This document shows positions 44,040 through 53,043 of a DNA stretch of 64,000 bases, in pieces. The first letter of the stretch is position 1, and each line of letters begins with the position of its first letter. Source of the stretch: Acidimicrobiales bacterium (GTDB lineage: Bacteria; Actinomycetota; Acidimicrobiia; Acidimicrobiales; RAAP-2); assembly GCA_052143895.1 (NCBI GenBank), contig JBKQRT010000001.1:2907-66906 (forward strand), given 5' to 3'. The notes beneath the pieces are model-generated. The model was not told where the DNA came from. It was given only the letters and a program-made list of their open reading frames with translations, and searched no databases. Made by a program: the position numbers and the translations under genes.

Positions 44040-44894
44040 ATGAGCGACCATCAGACCGCAGTGCCCACCGTCACCCTCAACAACGGCCGATCCATCCCCC
44101 AGCTCGGGTTCGGCGTGTTCCAGATCCCACCGGAGGACACGGTGGAGGTGGTGCGCACTGCGCTCGACATCGGCTATCGGCACATCGACACGGCCGAGAT
44201 GTACAGGAACGAACAACAGGTGGGCGAAGCGGTGGCTCGATCGGGACTCGACCGTTCGGAGGTCTTCATCACCAGCAAGCTCAACAACGGGTTCCACCGG
44301 CCCGACGACGCCCGCACCGCCTTCGAGGGCACGCTGCGGGAGCTCGACAGCGACTACGTCGACCTGTTCCTGATCCACTGGCCGCTCCCGACCCTCTACG
44401 ACGGCGACTTCGTCTCGACCTGGAAGGTCCTCACCGAGTTCCTCGACGAGGGGAGGGCCCGCTCGATCGGGGTCTCGAACTTCACGGTCCACCATCTGGA
44501 GGTCCTGCTCCTGGCCTCCGAGGTCGTTCCCGCCGTCAACCAGATCGAGGTGCACCCCTACCTCACGCAACAGGACGTGCGCGAGTACGACGCCGCCCAC
44601 CAGATCGCCACCGAGGCGTGGTCACCCATCGCCCGGGGGATCGTGCTCGACGACCCGACCATCGCGGCGGTGGCGCGCAAGCTCGACCGGTCGCCGGCAC
44701 AGGTGGTGCTCCGCTGGCACCTCCAGCGCGGGGACATCGTCTTCCCCAAGTCGGTCACGCCGTCCCGGATGCAGGAGAACTTCGAGATCTTCGACTTCTC
44801 GCTCGACTCGACCGACATGAACAGGATCAGCGCGCTCAACCGCGACGAGCGCACCGGGCCCGACCCGGACACGTTCGACTACATCCCCGACTGA
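44040..44894 (+). CDS. aldo/keto reductase (2,5-diketo-D-gluconate reductase-like)
   Basis: LNNGRSIPQLGFGVFQ...GYRHIDTAEMYRNE...LIHWP...NQIEVHPYL...PKS. Confidence 0.93.
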   Translation: MSDHQTAVPTVTLNNGRSIPQLGFGVFQIPPEDTVEVVRTALDIGYRHIDTAEMYRNEQQVGEAVARSGLDRSEVFITSKLNNGFHRPDDARTAFEGTLRELDSDYVDLFLIHWPLPTLYDGDFVSTWKVLTEFLDEGRARSIGVSNFTVHHLEVLLLASEVVPAVNQIEVHPYLTQQDVREYDAAHQIATEAWSPIARGIVLDDPTIAAVARKLDRSPAQVVLRWHLQRGDIVFPKSVTPSRMQENFEIFDFSLDSTDMNRISALNRDERTGPDPDTFDYIPD

Positions 44895-44932
44895 CCGGGA
44901 ACCGCCGGTCGCCGTTCGGCGTCAGGTGACCG

Positions 44933-47900
44933 TCAGGCGCCGCCCGTCGCCGCCCGGAGCACGCTCCGGCCAGGACCGCACCGCACCTCCGGCCCGCTGC
45001 CGACCTGCACCGGCAGGGAGGTCTCGCAGTCGATCGTGACGCGGCCGCGCTCGGCGCGGACGCCGACACGCCGGCCACCGAACCGGAACGTGAGCCCGAG
45101 CGCCGTCCACGCACGCGGGAGCTCGGGTCGGACGACGAGCGTGCCCGCGGCGGCCCGCAGGCCGAGGAAGCCGAAGGCCAATGCCTGCCACACGCCGGCC
45201 AGCGCGGCCAGGTGCAGGCCCCCTGCCGTCGAGTGGGTGAGGTCGTCCAGGTCAATCCGGGAAGCGAGCCGGAAGAGCTCGAGGGCCCGGTCCGGCCGAC
45301 CCAGCCGGGCGAGGAGCGAGACGTGGACGGACGGCGCCAGCGAGCTGCCGTACGCCGTCCGGGGCTCGTAGAAGTCGAAGCAGGTCTGCAGCGATCCGGG
45401 CACCACCTCGTCGGGCACCAGATGGTGGAGCATGAGCACGTCGGCCTGCTTGATGAGCTGCGAGTCCCGGACCCGCTGCGCCCCGAGCACGGCGTCGGCC
45501 GCCATCGGCGGCACACCGACGTCGGCCATGAGGAGCGGCTGGAGGTCGAGGTAGCCGGCGAACTGCTCGTAGAGCCCGCGCGCCGGGTGCCAGCCGTCGA
45601 CCAGGATGTCCGCCACGGACCGGCACCGGGCCGCCTCCTCCACCTCGCCCGACCGCTCGAGCAGGTCGGCGGCGCGGCGCAGGTTCCACCGGGCCATCAC
45701 GTTGGTGAACGCGTTGTCGTCGACCACCGAGTGGTACTCGTCGGGACCCTCCACGCCGTAGAGATGGGCCTGCCCCGCGGGATCGGTCCGCGCCCGGCTG
45801 GCCCAGTAGCGGGCGGTGCCGACCACCAGGTCCCGCCCGGCGCCGTCCAGGAACTCGGGCTCGCCGGTCCAGTCGGCATAGTGGCACGCGGCCCAGGCCA
45901 CATCGGCCGCGATGTGCTCTTCGTGGGTGCCGGTGGCGATGGGGACGAGCTCGCCGGCATCGTCCCGGACCGACCGCGGCGTGACGTCGCGGCCATCCGC
46001 CGCCGACTCCCAGGGGAACCGGGCGCCGCGGTGCCCACCGGCCCGGGCCGCGGCACGCGCCGCCGGCAGCCGGCGGATCCGGTACTCGAGCATGGCCCGG
46101 GCGGCACCCGGGCGGATGGCGCACAGCGTGGGCAGCACGAACACGTCGGCATCCCAGAAGACGTGTCCGGCGTACCCACTGCCGGTCAGGCCGCGGGCGC
46201 CGATGGCGGCCTCGCCGGAATCGGCCGCCGCGCTCAGTAGGTGGAACACGGCGAAGCGGGCCGCCAGTTCCGCGTCCGGGTCCCCCTCGATCACCACCTC
46301 GGCGTCGGCCCAGCGATCGGCCCAGGCGCGCCGGTGCGCGGCGAGCAGGCCGTCGAACCCGGTCCGCTCCGCCCGCTCGAAGCGGCGGAAGGCGTCCGCG
46401 GCGGCTGAGCCGTCCGAGCCGGCGGACCAGGCCACGACACGCTCCACAGTCCGCAGGCCGTCGCTCATCCCGACCCGGTCACGGGCGGCCGCGGCGATCT
46501 CGTTGCCCGCCCGCCCGGTCCGGGCCACCGCCACGCCGTCCACCACCCGGTGCTCGAAGTCGACGGCCGCCGCAGGGCGGCGGAGCGGCGCACCTGGCTC
46601 GAGCCGATCGGGGGGCCCCTCGGCCCGGAGCGCCATGGCATGCGGGTCGGCGAGGGAGACCAGTCGCAGGGACCGGTCGGCGACGCCCGCACCGCCTGAG
46701 CGGACGAGGATTCCGCTCCGCAGGTCCAGCACACGCTCGCCGGTGCCACCGGACGCACCCGATGCAGTGGACGAACCGGATGCATCGGGCCGGTCGAAGC
46801 CGGTCCACAGGGGGCCCGGAAGGAGCCAGCCCTCCTCTGTGTACACCCCGGCCACGAGGAACAGCGGGTCGGCGGTCCGGCCGTCCTCCTCCCAGGAGCC
46901 GCGCGTCCCGGCGAGGCCGTTGCCGAGGGAGCCCAGCGACTCGGTCACCCGCTCCGAGACGCCAGTGGAGGCCAGGGGGACAGTCCAGGTCGGGTCGCGA
47001 TCGATCGACGGCACCCGGCGGGACACCCGCCGGGCGAGCTGGGCGTCGAGCAGCTCCACGAACCCGTCGGGGCCGTCGCCCAGGTGCAGCACGCCCCAAG
47101 GGACGCCCCCGGGCTCGACGCCGACGGACACGGCCACGCTGCGGTCGAGCTCGGGCACCATCATGAAGGAGTCGCTGCCGGTGATGCCGCCGACCGGGCC
47201 GAACTCGTCCCCCGCCACCAGCACCGTGCCACCGGTGATGCCCTGCCGGGCGAGCCAGCGCGCCGCCCACCGGGCCGAGTCGGACTTGTCGGTCAGCCCG
47301 ATCTCGACGTGCTTCACGTCGCTGGTGATGCGGGGATCGCCGAGTCCGGCTTCGCGGGAGGCCTCCGCCGCCAGGGCCACGACCTCGGCGAGGTCGGCGA
47401 TCCCGGCCGAGGCCAGTCGCTTGCCCACCGCAACCGCCAGGCGGTCGATGTCGGCCTTCTTCGGATCGGCCCACGCCGGTTCGGGGATGAGGTCGATCTT
47501 GCGGCGGTTGAGCCGCTCCGAGACCACCCGAGCCTCGAGGCCGACCCGCCCGAGGCGCTCGACGGTCCGCTCGGCGGCCCGGTCGAGGGCAAGGTCCTCC
47601 TCGGGCGTCGCATCACGACGCTCGACGAGGTCCGGACCGTCCCGGGTGACGGCGAACACCTCGGAACCGCGGTTGCAGCAGAGGTGGAGCCGGCCCGGGC
47701 CCGCGGGCCTGGCCCCGAGCTGGCCGTCGACGTTGCCGACGTGGGTGCCGGTCACCACCGTCAGGTGGACGCCACCGGCCAGGAGCTGCTCGACGCGCCC
47801 CCGGACCGCGGAGGCGTCGGCCTGCCGGTCGCGGACAGCGGTGCCATCCCAGTCGAACACCACCGCTTCGAAGGTCTCGTCGAGCGCAGCCGGCACGCGA

Positions 47901-47938
47901 CGGCCACGCCCCGCCGGGCGGGTAGCCGGGACGGTCAC
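44933..47938 (-). CDS. HAD-phosphatase-like domain fused to a glycoside hydrolase family 65 (disaccharide phosphorylase-like) domain
   Basis: N-terminal VVFDWDGT HAD motif I and a later GDE..D-type motif. The C-terminal ~700 aa carry GH65 hallmarks (GLTGSGYAGHVFWDADVF, RFPWESA, EEHI.ADVAWA, NVMARWNL). The architecture resembles the large OtsB1-type proteins of mycobacteria. Confidence 0.85.
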   Translation of the reverse strand: MTVPATRPAGRGRRVPAALDETFEAVVFDWDGTAVRDRQADASAVRGRVEQLLAGGVHLTVVTGTHVGNVDGQLGARPAGPGRLHLCCNRGSEVFAVTRDGPDLVERRDATPEEDLALDRAAERTVERLGRVGLEARVVSERLNRRKIDLIPEPAWADPKKADIDRLAVAVGKRLASAGIADLAEVVALAAEASREAGLGDPRITSDVKHVEIGLTDKSDSARWAARWLARQGITGGTVLVAGDEFGPVGGITGSDSFMMVPELDRSVAVSVGVEPGGVPWGVLHLGDGPDGFVELLDAQLARRVSRRVPSIDRDPTWTVPLASTGVSERVTESLGSLGNGLAGTRGSWEEDGRTADPLFLVAGVYTEEGWLLPGPLWTGFDRPDASGSSTASGASGGTGERVLDLRSGILVRSGGAGVADRSLRLVSLADPHAMALRAEGPPDRLEPGAPLRRPAAAVDFEHRVVDGVAVARTGRAGNEIAAAARDRVGMSDGLRTVERVVAWSAGSDGSAAADAFRRFERAERTGFDGLLAAHRRAWADRWADAEVVIEGDPDAELAARFAVFHLLSAAADSGEAAIGARGLTGSGYAGHVFWDADVFVLPTLCAIRPGAARAMLEYRIRRLPAARAAARAGGHRGARFPWESAADGRDVTPRSVRDDAGELVPIATGTHEEHIAADVAWAACHYADWTGEPEFLDGAGRDLVVGTARYWASRARTDPAGQAHLYGVEGPDEYHSVVDDNAFTNVMARWNLRRAADLLERSGEVEEAARCRSVADILVDGWHPARGLYEQFAGYLDLQPLLMADVGVPPMAADAVLGAQRVRDSQLIKQADVLMLHHLVPDEVVPGSLQTCFDFYEPRTAYGSSLAPSVHVSLLARLGRPDRALELFRLASRIDLDDLTHSTAGGLHLAALAGVWQALAFGFLGLRAAAGTLVVRPELPRAWTALGLTFRFGGRRVGVRAERGRVTIDCETSLPVQVGSGPEVRCGPGRSVLRAATGGA

Positions 47939-47940
47939 CG

Positions 47941-48363
47941 TCAGCCGGCCCGGTGCAGCTCGAATCGGCGACCGGTGAGGACGTCGGGACGGATCTCGAG
48001 GAGCCTGTCACCGGGCTTCGGGACGAGTGGCCTGGCCACCAGGGCCAGGTCCTCGTCGTCCGGAGCGTCGATCAGTCTGGCCAACCCGCGCACCAGCACG
48101 CTCCATGCCTCCCCCTCCGAGGGATTCACGTGGTCGATTTCGAACGCCACCAGCTGGCCGGCGGCGGCGTGCGCGAAGAACCCCTCGCCGACCCTGACGT
48201 ACACCTGGTTGTCGCGGACGCCGAAGTTGACCGGGACCACCACCGGTGCCCGATCGGTCGGGACCCCGATCCGCCCGACGGCCGTCGTCCCCGCCTCCAC
48301 CGCCAGCAGGCGGCGGCATTCCGGCACCGACAGCACATCCGATCCCTCTGCGTCGATCCACAT
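47941..48363 (-). CDS. pyridoxamine 5'-phosphate oxidase-family (split-barrel flavin/deazaflavin-binding) protein
   Basis: 140 aa from ATG 48363: LSVPECRRLLA....GRIGV......VVPVNF......VYVRV......V.FE.D........WSVLVRG.A. Its stop lies 2 nt before the GH65 start. Confidence 0.72.
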   Translation of the reverse strand: MWIDAEGSDVLSVPECRRLLAVEAGTTAVGRIGVPTDRAPVVVPVNFGVRDNQVYVRVGEGFFAHAAAGQLVAFEIDHVNPSEGEAWSVLVRGLARLIDAPDDEDLALVARPLVPKPGDRLLEIRPDVLTGRRFELHRAG

Positions 48364-48524
48364 GCAGCCACATTGCCAGCAAACCGGGTCGTGTCGCAGG
48401 TCGAACGCGCTCCCGGCCTCGCCCCCGGTCCGGGCTCGACCCTCGAGCTCGCTGTGACCAGGGACGACCGCACTCGTGCCGGAGGTCGGGCGCCAGGAGC
48501 TCCCCGGACCGTCCGGCGACGCCG

Positions 48525-49589
48525 TCAACCGCAGGCCGCGGTGTAGGCCGCCGTCCCGGGCTGCAGTGCCTGGCCCGAATCGGCGCCGACCATCAGGCAG
48601 GACTCGTCGACCGCCTGGAAGGCGCCGGCGGGGATCTGCTTCAACTGGTCGACCTCGGTGCCGGTCCAGCGGGTGTCGGCCACTCCCTGGAAGAACCAGT
48701 TGCTGCCGTTGTCGGCGAGGATCAGGCCGTAGGTCTTCATGGTGGTGAGCACCGTCTGACACATGGCCGCGCAGTCCGAGGCCGGCAGCGTGAAGTCGGC
48801 GTCCAGCCGGAACCGGGCACCCATCGGCGGGCAGTCCGGGTTCGCCTGACCGGCCTCGTGCCGTGCCGGCCACAGGTAGGACTGTTGGGTGCACTGCACC
48901 GTGAACCTGATGGCGTGGTCCATCGCACCGGAGGCGGCCTCGTCGTAGTTGACCAGGCCGGGCAGGATGGGCAGACCGGCGGCATCGGCCGACGTCCAGC
49001 CGGCCGGACGCAGCGCGTCCGAGCCGAGGTTCCAGATGGCTCCCGAACCGGCCTTCGACCTCCCGTCGGGACGGTAGTGGGTGTCCCACGTCTCGTAGAG
49101 GGTGCACGTGGTCGGGTCGACCATGATGGCGTGCCGGTCGGAGCCGTGCTCGATCGGGGTCGACTTGGTCAGCGGATAGGGACTGGGGTCGCTCTCCGAC
49201 GCGTAGGTAAAGGTGATGGTCGTGAACGGCGTGCCGGCCGGCGCGATCTGCCACGGGAGGCCGTAAGGCTTCTTCGGGTTGCCCGACGGACCGTAATCGG
49301 GGTGGAGGTACGTCGTGCCGGCATCCATCGACGCCAGCCAGGTGGCGCTGTCGGCGTCGACCGGGAGACCGGTGACCGGCGTGTTCCAGACGTTGTCGGC
49401 GGGAAAGGCCGGGCAGCTCGTGCCCGGGAGCGTCGTCCCCGATCCGTCGGCGGGCGCCCGGGTGGCGGCCCCGGCCGGGACAGCGCCGGCGGGCATCGTC
49501 GCGGTGGACACCACCGCCATCGAGCCCACCACCACGACGACTGCCGGGGCCACGGCCCACCATCGTCGGACCCCTGTTGCCAGCCTCAT
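48525..49589 (-). CDS. secreted conserved-looking protein of unknown function (354 aa)
   Basis: Signal-like N-terminus (RRWWAVAPAVVVVVGSMAVV). Blocks HPDYGPSG, YGLPW, DRHAIMVD, CTLYETW, GWTSADAAGLPILPGLV, HAIRFT, WPARH, PPMGARFRL, YGLILADNGSNWFFQG. Multiple Cys residues. ATG 49589; the remainder of the 1588-aa track ORF is antisense artefact. Confidence 0.75.
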   Translation of the reverse strand: MRLATGVRRWWAVAPAVVVVVGSMAVVSTATMPAGAVPAGAATRAPADGSGTTLPGTSCPAFPADNVWNTPVTGLPVDADSATWLASMDAGTTYLHPDYGPSGNPKKPYGLPWQIAPAGTPFTTITFTYASESDPSPYPLTKSTPIEHGSDRHAIMVDPTTCTLYETWDTHYRPDGRSKAGSGAIWNLGSDALRPAGWTSADAAGLPILPGLVNYDEAASGAMDHAIRFTVQCTQQSYLWPARHEAGQANPDCPPMGARFRLDADFTLPASDCAAMCQTVLTTMKTYGLILADNGSNWFFQGVADTRWTGTEVDQLKQIPAGAFQAVDESCLMVGADSGQALQPGTAAYTAACG

Positions 49590-49832
49590 GCGACAACCAC
49601 CCTCCCCGCTCTGCCGCCCGTCGATCGGCGTGTCGCGCCTTCGGCCCGGCGCCAATTCTCCCACGGATGCGGCCCCGGGCGCCGACGCACGGGGCCCGGC
49701 GCGGGCGGCCGTTGGGACCTTCGGCTCTGGCAGCGGAGGCAGGTCCCGGACAGATTGGGAGCACCAGCCGGATCTGCAGAGACGATCGGAGAGATGCCGT
49801 GGCTCGGCTCGCCGCCCCTGAGGGCCCACCAC

Positions 49833-52640
49833 ATGTCCGCTGAACAGGGCGCCGACGCCGACGTCGTCCTTGACGCGGTCCGCGCCCTCCTCGCCGAGCT
49901 GCGCCGGGCCGAGCCACCGACGGTCGGTCTCGACAGTGACCTGGCCAGTGACCTGGGCCTCGACAGCCTCACCGTGGTCGAGCTCTACGACCGGCTCCAG
50001 GAGATCTTCGACGTGACCCTCCCCGAGGAGACGCTGGCCACCGCCAGGACGCCCGGCGACTGGCTCCGGGCCGTCCGGGCGGAACGGGGACGGCCGACAC
50101 CGGCCGGCGGCGACAGGTCGGCCGTGGCGACCGCCGCCCCGGTCGCCAGGCGGGCGGGCGAGCCCTGGCCGGAGGCGGCGGCGACCCTCAACGAGGCACT
50201 GGCCTGGCACGTGGAGCAGCACCCGGATCTCACGACCGTCCGGATCCTCGGCGCCCACGGGAGCCCGGCGGAGGAGCTGACCTACGGCGATCTGGCCGCC
50301 CAGGGAACGGCACTGGCCCACGGCCTCGTGGCCGACGGGTTGTGCCCCGGCGAGCGGGTGGCGATCATGCTGCCCACCGGGAGGGAGTACTTCGTGACCT
50401 TCCTCGGGATCCTGCTCGCACGAGCTGTCCCCGTGCCCATCTACCCGCCGGCCCGGCCCGCCGTGCTCGAGGAGCACCTGGGACGACAGGCACGGCTGCT
50501 GGCCAACGCCGGAGCGTCGACGCTGGTGACCGTGCCCGAGGCACGGGTGGCGGCGCGGTTGTTGCGCGCCCATGTCCCCTCGCTCCGCGCCATCCACACG
50601 GTGGACAGCCTGGTCGACGGCGGGCGCCCCTCCCGGCGCCTGTCGCCGGCCGCGCCCGGGGACATCGCCCTCATCCAGTACACCTCGGGCAGCACCGGCG
50701 ACCCCCGGGGCGTCGTGCTCACCCACACCCAGTTGCTGGCCAACGTGCACTCGATGGGGCGGGCGGTCGACGTGCGCACCGACGACGTCTTCGTGAGCTG
50801 GCTGCCGCTCTACCACGACATGGGCCTCATCGGCGCCTGGCATGCCGGCCTGATCTTCGGCTTCCCGCTGGTCATCCTCTCGCCGCTGCAATTCCTCGCC
50901 CGCCCCGCCAGCTGGCTGGAGGCGATCACCCGCTACTCGGGGACGATCTCGGCCGCGCCCAACTTCGCCTACCAGAGCTGCGTCGACCGCATCGGCGACG
51001 CCGAGCTCGCCGGGTTCGACCTGTCCTCGTGGCGCCTGGCCATCGATGGATCGGAACCAGTCAGCCCGCTGACCTCCGAACGCTTCATCGATCGCTTCGC
51101 CGCGTGCGGGTTCCGGCGGGAGGCGCTGAGTCCCGCCTACGGCCTGGCCGAAGTCGGACTCGGACTCACCGTCACCCCACTCGGGCGGGGCATGCGGATC
51201 GACAGGATCCTCCGGAGCCCGCTCGAGGCATCGGGGCTGGCGACACCGGCGACGCCCGGAGACCCGGGGGGGCTCGCCGTGGTCGGGTGCGGCGCGCCGT
51301 TCCCGGACTACGAGGTTCGGGTGATCGACCCCGGCGGCAACCCGCTCCCCGAGCGCCACGAAGGGACGGTCGTATGCCGGGGCCCGTCGGCCGCCGACCA
51401 CTACTTCGACAACGAGCCCGCAACCCGTACCCTCTGGCGGCACGGCTGGCTCGACACGGGCGACCTCGGCTACCTGAGCGAGGGCGAGCTGTTCCTGACC
51501 GGCCGGGCGAAGGACCTCATCATCCGCGGGGGACGCAACATCCATCCCGAGGATCTCGAGCAGGCCCTCGGCGAGCTCGGCGGTGTCCGTGGGGATCAGG
51601 TCGCCGTGCTGGCCGGGAGCGATCCACGACGGGGGACCGAACGCCTGGTCGTGGTGGTCGAGTCCGACCTCGCGCCGGGGCCGGAGCGCCAGGCCTTGCG
51701 CGATGCCATTGCCAGGAAGGCTGCCGACGTGCTGGAGCTGGCACCCGACGAGATCGTGCTCGCCCCGGGCGGCGCCATCGTGCGCACCCCGAGCGGCAAG
51801 ATCCGTCGCGCCGCCACCTGGGAGGCCCTCGAGGCCGGCGTCCTCGGACGGCCGCGTGCCCCCGTCGCCGTCCAACTGGTCCGCTTCGGCTGGTCCGGCG
51901 TCGGGCTGACCGCCGCCCAGCTCCGCCGGCGGCTCGCCACCTCGGTCTTCGCCGCCTACGCCTGGGCGTTGGTGGTCATGGTCGCCCTCCCGCTGTGGGT
52001 GGCGGTGCACCTTCCGTCGACCCTCCGGGCGCGGTGGGCCATCGCCCGGGCGGCGGGCCGATCGCTCCAGGCCCTGGGCGGCATCGACCTGCAGGTGCAC
52101 GGGGCCTTCCCGGCGGCCGGCACCCCGGTGGTGGTCGTGTCTAACCACGCCAGCTTCATCGACGCGGCAGCGCTCGTACTGGCCTCGGCCGACCCCGTCG
52201 TCTTCGTCACCAGCACCGACCTCGAGCACCACTGGGCGATCGGCTCGTTCCTGCGGCGGCTGGGGTGCGCGTTCGTCCACCGTGGCGAAGCCGAGCAGAG
52301 CCGGGAGGACGTCGAGCACCTCGTCGACCTCGTCCGCCGCGGCCAGCGCCTCATGGTGTTCCCGGAAGGGTCGATCGACCGGGACCCGGGGCTCCGGCCG
52401 TTCCATCTCGGCGCCTTCGCCGTCGCCTCGGAGGTCGGGTGCCCGGTGGTCCCGGTCGGCATCCGGGGGAGCCGCGCCCTCATCGAGCCGGGCTCCTTCG
52501 TGCCGCACCCCTCGTCGCTCGACATCCGCATCGGCCTCCCGATCGAGCCGTCGGGCTCCGACTTCGCCGCCACCGCTGAGCTCGCCGCCCGGACCCGGTC
52601 CGCCGTCGCCGAGCTCAGCGGTCAGCCGCTCGTGGCGTGA
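49833..52640 (+). CDS. tri-domain fusion: acyl carrier domain - fatty-acyl-AMP ligase-type adenylation domain - TM segment - PlsC/LPLAT acyltransferase domain
   Basis: Carrier motif LGLDSLTVVEL (Ser codon at 49965-49967). Adenylation motifs YTSGSTGDPRGV, SWLPLYHDMGLIG, DTGDLGY, GRAKDLIIRGGRNI. Hydrophobic segment FAAYAWALVVMVALPLWVAV. HX4D motif NHASFID (52144-52164) and FPEGS. ATG 49833 is preceded by GAGGG. Confidence 0.88.
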   Translation: MSAEQGADADVVLDAVRALLAELRRAEPPTVGLDSDLASDLGLDSLTVVELYDRLQEIFDVTLPEETLATARTPGDWLRAVRAERGRPTPAGGDRSAVATAAPVARRAGEPWPEAAATLNEALAWHVEQHPDLTTVRILGAHGSPAEELTYGDLAAQGTALAHGLVADGLCPGERVAIMLPTGREYFVTFLGILLARAVPVPIYPPARPAVLEEHLGRQARLLANAGASTLVTVPEARVAARLLRAHVPSLRAIHTVDSLVDGGRPSRRLSPAAPGDIALIQYTSGSTGDPRGVVLTHTQLLANVHSMGRAVDVRTDDVFVSWLPLYHDMGLIGAWHAGLIFGFPLVILSPLQFLARPASWLEAITRYSGTISAAPNFAYQSCVDRIGDAELAGFDLSSWRLAIDGSEPVSPLTSERFIDRFAACGFRREALSPAYGLAEVGLGLTVTPLGRGMRIDRILRSPLEASGLATPATPGDPGGLAVVGCGAPFPDYEVRVIDPGGNPLPERHEGTVVCRGPSAADHYFDNEPATRTLWRHGWLDTGDLGYLSEGELFLTGRAKDLIIRGGRNIHPEDLEQALGELGGVRGDQVAVLAGSDPRRGTERLVVVVESDLAPGPERQALRDAIARKAADVLELAPDEIVLAPGGAIVRTPSGKIRRAATWEALEAGVLGRPRAPVAVQLVRFGWSGVGLTAAQLRRRLATSVFAAYAWALVVMVALPLWVAVHLPSTLRARWAIARAAGRSLQALGGIDLQVHGAFPAAGTPVVVVSNHASFIDAAALVLASADPVVFVTSTDLEHHWAIGSFLRRLGCAFVHRGEAEQSREDVEHLVDLVRRGQRLMVFPEGSIDRDPGLRPFHLGAFAVASEVGCPVVPVGIRGSRALIEPGSFVPHPSSLDIRIGLPIEPSGSDFAATAELAARTRSAVAELSGQPLVA

Positions 52641-52888
52641 CGGGCCGCCCCACGCCCCACGCCCGCGGAACAGACAGTCTCCTGCAGCTCCCCGGTGCTC
52701 GTCCGGATGCAGGTCTGCAGCACATCGAGCAGCGACTCGAGTTGCCCGTGGCGCCGGCGCGACCGCCACTTGGCTGCGCCATACAGTTGGCGGTGCTCGG
52801 ACGGCATCATGACCGGGATCGACAGGAGCACCACGGTCAACGCCGCTACCACCAGGATCACGGCGACGGTGATCTCCACAGGTCCCAT
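52622..52888 (-). CDS. hypothetical single-TM small protein (88 aa)
   Basis: MGPVEITVAVILVVAALTVVLLSIPVMM.... GC3 is roughly 85 percent by my count. Its 3' end overlaps the convergent fusion gene by 19 nt. Confidence 0.45.
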   Translation of the reverse strand: MGPVEITVAVILVVAALTVVLLSIPVMMPSEHRQLYGAAKWRSRRRHGQLESLLDVLQTCIRTSTGELQETVCSAGVGRGAARHATSG

Positions 52889-53043
52889 CGTCAGCGGGCG
52901 GATGTCGGATGAAGTTCCGCCCCTCCCTTCGTCTCCGCGATGCCCCGGATGACCGGCCGGAAACCCGTCGGCGCGACACTGGGAGGGTCGGACGCGGCCC
53001 GGTCACCGACGAGCCCACCACCGCCGGCCCGCAGGAGGATCCC

